Shown here: piece by piece, positions 1-9,000 of the stretch
How the letters are laid out: the number at the start of each line of letters is the position of its first letter
How positions within the stretch are numbered: the stretch's first letter is position 1
From: a virus
Lineage: Duplodnaviria; Caudoviricetes
IMG/VR virus record: IMGVR_UViG_3300046010_004172
Location: 1 to 28,695 of that record
Reading direction: 5' to 3' (one strand)
DNA length: 28,695 bases
Notes under the pieces: generated by a model
Databases searched by the model: none
What the model was told of the DNA's origin: nothing
The model's input: the letters and a program-made list of their open reading frames with translations, nothing else
Position numbers and translations under genes: made by a program

Positions 1-3000
1 ATGCGGGCTTCGGTCGGCTCCTTGATGATGCCGGCAATATCCGTGTCCAGCATGCCCTGATCGATCAACTCCTGCGCCACCTTGGCCGGTTGCGTGATTG
101 CATCCGGATTGACCGCATACCAGAAGCCCGGATTGGGGTTCTGTATGGCCAGGCCATAGAGCGACAACGCCACCCGGTTCTTTTCGGCACGGGTGATGAC
201 CCGCTCGCGCTGCATCATGACCTGCGCCAGGATGTCGGCAGCGGCTTTTCCGGAGCCGGTACGGCGCTTGCTGGCCGGTCCCTTGACCGAGAAACCTTGC
301 CCCGTGCCCATGCCGCGCTCGGAGATCTCTGCGCTTTCACGCTGCAGCGGGATGTAATGCTGGTAGGCCGCTTCCCAGGCGTCGATGGTCTCCTGGGTTT
401 CCAGGCCTTCACGTACTAACAGGGCACGGGTTTCACGGAGGATCGCATCCACCTGGTTGGCAATCGCCTCCAGATCGGTGCGCACGCCCGCCGGCAGATT
501 GGCCAGATAATCCAGCGCATCCTGCGTCTTGATGCCAGAGCCGCCATCCGGGAACTGGTCCGGATTAACCCGAGCGTAATAGTCGTTGGCTTCCGGTGCG
601 TGACGGTTCCACAGATAGGTTTCCAGGTCACCGATGCTGATGCCGCGAGTCGACATGGCGTCCAGTAGCGGCTTGACCTCATTGACCTTGAAGTTGTTGG
701 TCTCGTATTCGGCCTTGCCGTGGTAGAGCGTTTCCTTTTGATAGGGATTCCAGGCATCCGAGGCATTGAGCTTTTCGACCACGCGCTTGGTGTCGATCTG
801 CTTGTCCGCCAGTTTGTAGATCCAGTCGTCCAGCTTGGCTTCGTCGGGCGCAGTCCAGTTCACCAGGGGCGTCTGGCCCAATACATTCTTGCGAGAAGAG
901 AACGGCGCATCCGGCTCGGCCACCATCATGCCATTACCCATACCACCACCACGGGCCAGCAGGGTTTGCTCGCGCAGGTAGTCGAATTCCGGGCTGGTGT
1001 CCGCCGTCACTCTGGGTACGTTGCGGCCACGAACCACGAACGGATCCGACATCCCGTAGGCGCCAATCTGCTCCGCCAGGCTACTGTAGTCGCCGTCCTC
1101 ATTGATGTGGATGGAGTCCATCACCAGGCCAGTCATTTTCATCAGAGCCGTGCGATCGGTCCCCACCGCAAAGGCCTTGGCGCCATTCAATGCTTTCAGC
1201 GCCTTGCGAATGCGCAGGGTGCGTCTTGATTGGCTGCTATCCTTGATGACGGATGACGGGATCGTCGTGACACCAAGCACCTTTTGGCTGGCCGCCACGG
1301 CAATCAGGGTCACCGCATCATTGTCGACCTCAATTTTCTTGGCTACATCCATCAGCGTCGCTGGGTTGTTGATGGTGTGGCTGGAATACTCGTTGGCCTT
1401 GTAGGGGGATACCTGCCCGAAGTCCTTTTCGTAGACGGCTACATTGCCATCTGGATAAATGTAACCGTACCGGTTGGTGTCGATGATGACGTGACCATTG
1501 CTGATCAGGTTCAGATCCTGCTCAAACTTCTTGGTCAGATTCACGTCCGCGTTCGACGGCATCGGGTTGGTCGACGGGTGGTTGTGCAACATGTAATAGC
1601 TGACAGCACCCGCTTTGCTGGCCGCCTTGGCCAGGTCCGTCAGGTACTTGTCGATGTCGCTGCCGACGATAACGGCAGAAGAGGATGGCAGCCTGCTGGA
1701 CAGGCCTACCTGGGAGACGATCTTTCCCTGTTGATCAAGGAAGAACAGGCGGAAGGTCTCGAAGCGCGGGTCACGGTAGACCTGCGCCAGGGTAGCGACG
1801 TCTTCTCTTGAATTTACGGTGTGTCCGACCAGGCTGACGCGCTGTCGGGCGGCGTAGGTGTCGGCAAGTCGGCGACCCAATACTCCCCGATCGGACCCCC
1901 GCAGAGACTCAACGGCGGCGGCTGCAGCTCGCTTCGCTGCCTGAGTCTTCGGCCCTGACTGTCCAGCCGGATCAGCATCAAGGAAGAGGTCGAGTTGTTG
2001 TCTGAAGAGGTCATCTTGTAATGGCTCCTGCAGGATGTTGCCCGTATCGGTTCCGAATGTACCACGATTATCCACCGACTTGATCTGGTTTGAGGTGAAC
2101 ACCGTGTAGGTGGTCGTGGTCGGCGTACCGCGTCCGTTGTTGTAATCATCCTTGACGTTGCGGATGATGGCGCCGTCATGTCCGCCAGCGCGTGCCTGCT
2201 CGATGACGTTGCTGGTTTTGCCGAGGTTCTGCGCGTCCCGCCATGTCTTGCCGCCTGCATCAATTTCCAGCGGATTCCTGAGATTCAGGAACGCATCCAG
2301 GACGCCTGGCTCTGCATTTTGATAGTCAAACGCCCGCCGATCATCCGCGTAGGAATTGGCGGTTTTCTTGGAAGAGGCGAACCAGTAAGCCCCTTCCCGG
2401 TAGCCGAAACCATAACGCTCGTACAGGGTCTTGAAGGTCGCGTCGTCCGCCATGAACCGCAAGTCGGGTGCGCCGTGATGTACGACACGCGGTTCACCGT
2501 TTTCGTCAGTCACCATGGAGACGGCAGGTATGGCTCCCTCTTCCTTGGCGTTGATGGCGTCGATCAATTCGCCTACACTAGTCTTATGGGGAAGGGCGAG
2601 CGCAGGCCCGGTGCCGGTTGACTGTACGATGGGATTAGAGCGCGAGCGTCCTGCGTATTTGGCCGCAACCGGCATCACCTCCATATCCACGATTTCATGA
2701 ACATAGAACTTGCGATGCTTGCCGCGCGGCAAGTCGTCGTGGTCTTTGATCGTGAGCTTTACTGCAAAAAGATCATCGCCATATTGCAGTGGGGCAATAA
2801 ATTTGTGAACGCCAAGGATGTTGGTGTCGTCTCCGGAATCAGGTTCTGAGGCTACTGGGACGCTTACCCTGATAATGGCCGGCATTTCATGTAATGCCGC
2901 CAAATGTATTCTTGCGTCGTCGCTTTTTGTGATTGCCGTACCACTGGTCGCCTTGTGCGTCATCACCCGCTTTGACACGATCAGTTTGTCTCCTGTCGCC

Positions 3001-6000
3001 TTGTTCAGCCAGCCATCGCTATTTGCTAGATTCTTGACGGCCCATGCGCGCGCGTCATCAACACTACCTCTAAAGTAATCTTCAGCCAAAACAACCGGTG
3101 ACATGGCTTGGTTTTTGTCGGCCTCAAAATCCCCAAACCACGCCTTGAATCGTGGTGTCCGCACCATCACCCATTGCTGCTCGGTTAGCTTGGATGATTT
3201 GCCGTTGGGCGCCTTCATCCACTGCGGCGTGCTCTCGTAACGGGCTTTGGTGTCCTCGTATTCTTTCTGTAGCTGCTGCTCGGTCGGTTCTCCGCGACTA
3301 AACTTTGCGGTGATCTCGACATCATCATCCGAGAAAATCACGTAGTTCATCTTGTCGCCGGTCTTGCCACCCGTCTGCCCCTCGGCGGGATAGCGAATGC
3401 CGCGTATGCCGAGCGAGTGCAGGTATTCGGAGGCGGCCTGGTCGGAACCCTGGACGACAGATAGCGAACCATAGAGTCCTTCACCGATCAGCACGTCATC
3501 CCGAACTGGCTTGATTGAAATGCCACTGCTCGGCTCATTAGCCTCCACGAATTGACGCACCTTCTTTATGACGCGCCTGACCTTCTCACTCTGCTCACTC
3601 AGCGGCTTGTGCCAGTCCAGGTATTCGTCCTCGGCGGGGGCGAGTTCGACTTGGTAGAGTTTGCCTTTATCTGTGTTGACCTGTACGGCTTCGCTCTTGG
3701 CTTTTGCTATAGCCTCCTTGAAAATAGGCTTCCAATTCTTGAATGCCCCTTTGGCCCGACTTCTTAATTCACTGACAAGGAGCGCTTGCGACTTAAAGCC
3801 TTTTCCAATGCCGGTATAGGCGTCCATGATGATCCGATCAACATCGGACGCATCACTATATTCAGACTGAGTGTTACTGAACTCTTTCCCATCAATCAAT
3901 AAAGTTGATTGTTGGCCAGCCAGCTTGTCCCTGTACCACTCACCTACTTCTTTGTCGCTGGAAAAGTACAGGCCATAACCGAAAGCCTGCGCGCCCTCGC
4001 CCGTGCCAATCTTGCTGGTGCTGAACTTGTCGAAGTCATGCGGGCCACCATGCCAGGCCACCATAAACATCGCCTGCCCCTTGCCGGGCTTTGTATTGCC
4101 CTGCGCAGCTCTGTGGATGGAGCGCAATAGATAGGCCAGATCCGCATCATTGAACTGGGCCAGCTTGACGAAGCCGCGCTGGTTCATCCAGTTACGGATG
4201 GCCCCGTAGAATTCCTGAATGGCGGTTTTGATCTTCTGCGGCAGGCTGGCATAGGCCTTCTTGCCCTGCACATGCGCCAGGAACTCGTCCACCAGGTAGC
4301 TGAACCGCTGGGTATCGCTAATCTTGCCATCCTTGCGCAATTCATCGGCCGTCGTGAAGTAGGCGTCCATATTGACGCCCTGCTTCGCGGCCAAGTCACG
4401 GATACCATCGGCCCGGCCTAGCTTGAAATAGAGTCGGGTGTAGGCTTGGCGCTTGGCCTTGCCGAACAGCGCATTGGCGCCGTAGTGATTGGATTCGTGT
4501 AGGATGGATTCTTCCACCTGCGCGAGCGACTTATGCTGATCCGCGACCAGAAAAATCTCGTCCCCACGATGTACCGCGATGACCGTGCCCGTCGCTCCAT
4601 CTTTGGCCGCCTGCTGGCGTATATCCGCCGGCAGTTCGGCTTCGGTGTCTACCGTCCGAATACTTACGTTGGCACTGAGTCCAAGACGACGCCCGATGCG
4701 AGTGGCCGCACGCTCCACGGCTTCACGACCGAGGACGGCACCCACTTTCTGCTGACCCGCCCGCCGCGCCTGCCTAAATAAGGGCAAGCCGCCCATGACC
4801 TTCTCTCGCATGGCGGGGGTGATAGTGAATGCCGGCTGCTCTGACTGGAACCCATAAACGTATTTCGCCGCCGCCGCTATTTCGTCCTTCTTTGCTGCCG
4901 GGTAGGCTTTCTCCATGCCGGAAATAGCCTCATCAAGAGATGATCCGCCCTCAAGAAAACTCTCGGCGGCATAGCGATACGCGCTATCGCCTTTGTATGT
5001 TTCTGCCGGAATGACAGATATATTGGCAGTCCCCACGCGCCCTCCGCCCAGCTTCTTCAGGACTTCATTGGCGACGGAGGGGACAATCTTATCGTAGAAG
5101 GTGCGCATGCCTTCGCCGCCGACTTTTAAGCCTTCTCCGGAAAACCCGCCGGAGTAAATGCCTCTATCAATGCTTGATCGTATTTTGTCGCCCAGTTCCT
5201 TGCCTATGTAGTCATCAACCCTGGTTGATGGCATGGTTTCATTGATGAGATAGTTGTCGTCAAACCCTTTGGCTTGCAGCAACACGTTGTCCTTATCTGT
5301 GTTTTCCCACGTTATGCCCGCAACCTGCCTTCTCAGGTCATACAAATCCGCATTCTGCTGGCCGCTGGCAAAGGCGATCTTGTCGAAGCCGTTTTCTGCG
5401 GCATAGCGGATAGCTCTTTTAATTCCAAGCGATACGACGGGCTTTGGGTCGGCGCCGATGAAAGGACCTTGAGGTACGCCCTGCTTGATGCGAACGCTGA
5501 TGTTGTTGTCGGGTGACCAATTCTTTTCGGCATAAGCATTGGCGTCAGCTTCTGTGGCAAATGATTGAACGACTGCGCCGTTACTTTTTTCCACCCGATA
5601 CTGAACGCCAACGCCTTTTCTGCGAGCGTCTTGTTGCCAATCTGACTGCAGCTCAGTTATGAACAGAACCTTATTGCCATCAGCATCCTGACGTTCGTCG
5701 AAACGAAGGTGGGCAAGGACGTTGGGTTCGTCCCAGTGTGATGAGCGGTAGCTTGTCTGGTCCTTCGCTTTTGCGTATCCAGCCATAGCACCATTGGCCC
5801 CGCGCTCACTGGCCCACGTCAACACGCCTCCAGTTGTGCTGCTCCGGTATAGATCGCCATCAGGCTGCCGTATCACAAATAGCCCATCATCGTTTTCTTC
5901 GACGGACCAGCCTTCCTTTGCGTTAGCTCGTTCTGGCAGCGTAATCAACAGCTCCCGGTAGTTCTCGCCGCCGGGGATGGTGTACTGGCTGAATTTGGTG

Positions 6001-9000
6001 GGCCGATTCTGCTTGTAATCATCGACCAGTTCGGCGATCTCCGATCTCACATCATCTGACACATCGATGTCTTTGATGTCGAGACGGCCATTTACGAGAT
6101 CCCGAGCTGCATCGGTGCTGCGGTCGTAGCCGAGGTTGTCTTCCTGCTCCAGGACTTGCTTGAGCCTGGCAATTGACTCCGGCTTTTGCTCGCCCTTAAT
6201 CACCTCATTCACCTGCACCCCGTTATCCGCCAGGAATGCAGCAATGTCGGCCTTGCTGGTCTTCTCCTTGCCCTTCAGCTTGAGGAAATCCTCGATACCG
6301 GTCCAGGCGATCTCGTCGGCCTTGATGCCGAGCTTGGCCTGGTTGCTGAACAGCCAGGCTCTCCACTGCGAGCCAGGCATGCTGTCCTGCTTGGCGGTGT
6401 CGAAACCGCGAGCGAGCTGGGAGTAGAAGGTGGGTGCACGACTGAATCGAATCTGATCCTGCCGGTTATCCTGCGCAAACAGGCCATCATCGGCCGGCGG
6501 TGCGTTGTTGGCGTTGCGCCGGCGCTGGCCTTCGCGCTGCGCTTCGGCTAGGGCTTCGCGGTCGGTGTTGGCGCGGTCGGCGGAGGTGGGTTCTCCGAAG
6601 AGTCCTGATTGAGCTTGCGCAGTTTCCGCAAGGTTATCCGGTCCTGCAGGCTGAGTGGCTGCTTCTTGAGGATTGCTTGAAACAGACTTCCCCCTGCTTC
6701 GCTTTGCCAGATTTTGTTGGCCTCTTCTTTCACGGTAGTTCTCCAGGCGTTTAACCAGATCTTCACGGGTGGCCCGTGGCGTTTCGCCGAACATATCGGT
6801 GGTGTCGCGGGTGGCTTCGTTATACGTGAAGTCCGCAAAGTCCGACAAGTCCTCGATGACCGCCTTGTTGCTGCGCGGGTTATCGGCAAACAGCCGGATG
6901 ATGTCATAGGCTCTGGGATCAATATCCAGATCCTGCTGCTCGGCAATCTGCTGCATGGTCAGATCGCGGCGCTTGCCGTTGATGATGGCCTTGGCTGCAT
7001 CCGCCAGCCAGGGACGGACATCAAACGCTCCCTGCCCTTTCAGTCGCGACACTTTCGGCGCCAACCGGGACAAAGTCGACATGACCAGCTTGGCTTCCGG
7101 GTCGACCGCCTGACTGTGCAGCCGGACCAACTCTTCGTTGTCGTAGGCTTTCTGGAAGACAGCGGAATTGAGTCGATCATGCGCCTGGCGATTGGGCGTG
7201 CCGTCCGCATCCAGTAAGCCGCCCTGCTCCGACTCCGGCATGGACCGCACAAACTGCAGCACGGTATTCCGGCCCAGTGTCCCGTCCTCGTCAAAGTCCA
7301 GCCCCGCCAGATCCAGTCGCTCCGCGTCGTTCTTAGCTTGCTCCACGGGTGACAGGCTGAGTCCGCCCGAGATATTCGATTCGTCACCGATGTCGGCGGT
7401 GATCTCGGGATCCGGCATGAGGCGCACCAGCACCGGGTTCTGCATGCCCTGAATGACTTCGGGGCTAATGCCATGCAGGTCATCCTGCTCCAGGTCGGCC
7501 CGGTACTGCTGGGCTGAGCCTTGTCGATAGGCTTTCTGCAGTCCAGCGATGCGGCCATTCCCGGCAATCGCGCGGGGTGCCTGGAGGGTTTGGTCACCAT
7601 ACTGGGCATTGACCGTGCCATCGGCATTGTTGGACGCCAGCACGCTGCCTGCTTCTACCACCGCATATTGAACGGGAATACGCCGCCCTTTGGCGGTGAC
7701 GGTGGTTTCCTTGCGGCCAAGCTGCGATTCCGGGACGGTGCCGCCCGCAATGACGGGCGCGCCTTCCGCGAAATTACGCGATGGACTCAATCGCAGATAA
7801 TCCGGATTGCCGGCAATGCTCTGCATCTGCTGGACCGAAGCCGGATTGGACCGGGTGCGGTTTTGCAGGATAGGGGTTAATGCAGGCTGGCCGACAGGAT
7901 CGACGGCCGCTGATGCGGGGGCAACGCCTCCGCCATCTCGATCAGGCTGTCCGCTCTCAAGTCGTACTCCTGCATCTCCAGTGCCCACTCCAGTTCCTGG
8001 TTCTGCTCCCGGAGCGAGATCAGTTCCTGCTGTAGCGCCTGCAACATTGCTTCCAATGCTTCCCGTGGGATTAGTGGCATTTAGCAGCCCTTCTTGCCCG
8101 GCCGTACTGGTTTCTTGGTTTTGCCTTTCATTGGCGATCTCCTGTGTGGGTGGAACTTCAAACGCATCGAGCGCGTCTTGCGCGTCGGTGAAGGTGCTAT
8201 GGGTCTGGCCCTGCGGATCGAGGATGGCGATGCGGCCGTCACCCAGATCATTGAGCGTGTAGCCCTGCTCCTTGAGCGAACCTAGCCCCGGCGTCGTGGC
8301 GGCAGGGTCGGGCGTGGGTTGGATTTCTTCGGCGCTTCCTGCTTGTCCTGCTTGTCCTGCAGGCGGCGCACTTGCGCTAATGGGATCTTGGGCATCAGTG
8401 GCTCCTGGTATGCCGGTGGAGGAAATGGTGGTGTCTTCGGGCTGGTCGGCCGGCATCGTCGCTGCTGCGGCAAGGCGCTGAGCCATGATGTCGCGGGCCT
8501 GCTTGGCGCGCTCCATGCCCGCTAGATTGGGATCGGTCTCGTTCTTCAGAATCTCCATGAACATGGGATTCTTGTTGTAGAGCGACTCGATCTTGTTCTC
8601 AGATGACCAGCGCTTGGCCGCTGCATCCGCCGCCTTTCCAAGCAGCACCTGGCCGCCGGTGCCCACTAAGGTGGCAACAGCCGTCTGCATCGCCGCAGAC
8701 GGGCGCTCAGCTATGAACTCCTTGGCTGTCTTGTCTGGGTTCAGCTCAACCCACTTGTCGAGATCCTGCAGGAATGTGGCAGCCTGCTCGCCCAGCATTT
8801 CAGGGACCAGCTGTTTGGCAAAGGTTTTCCAGAGCGCGTCGTTCGCTTTGATGCTGCCCAGCAGCTTGCTCATCGGGATGGCCTCAGTCCCCACCTCGAT
8901 AATGCCCTGCGTCGTCCCGTACAGCGCGGCTCGCTCAGGGCTTTTGCCGGCATCACGCGCTTCACCGTAGGACTGCCCGCCCGTCATCACGCCCATCGGG

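Noticed and set aside
2570-2685. Strong GGAGGT after the LPD3-like insert with a possible TTG-started 31-aa ORF
   Set aside because: Explained by in-frame Met-Glu-Val codons. The adjacent ATG is too close, and the TTG product is unremarkable.
3944-5611. Minus-strand alternative-frame ORFs 3944-4150, 4184-4408, 4418-4600, 4664-4855, 5333-5611
   Set aside because: They mostly overlap folded domains of the giant protein, have shadow-like composition, and I saw no convincing SD-start pair.
8338-8360. Short tandem repeat (cctgcttgt x2 plus a partial copy)
   Set aside because: Nine-base coding microduplication (QDKQDKQ / AGQAGQAG), too short to be a separate element.
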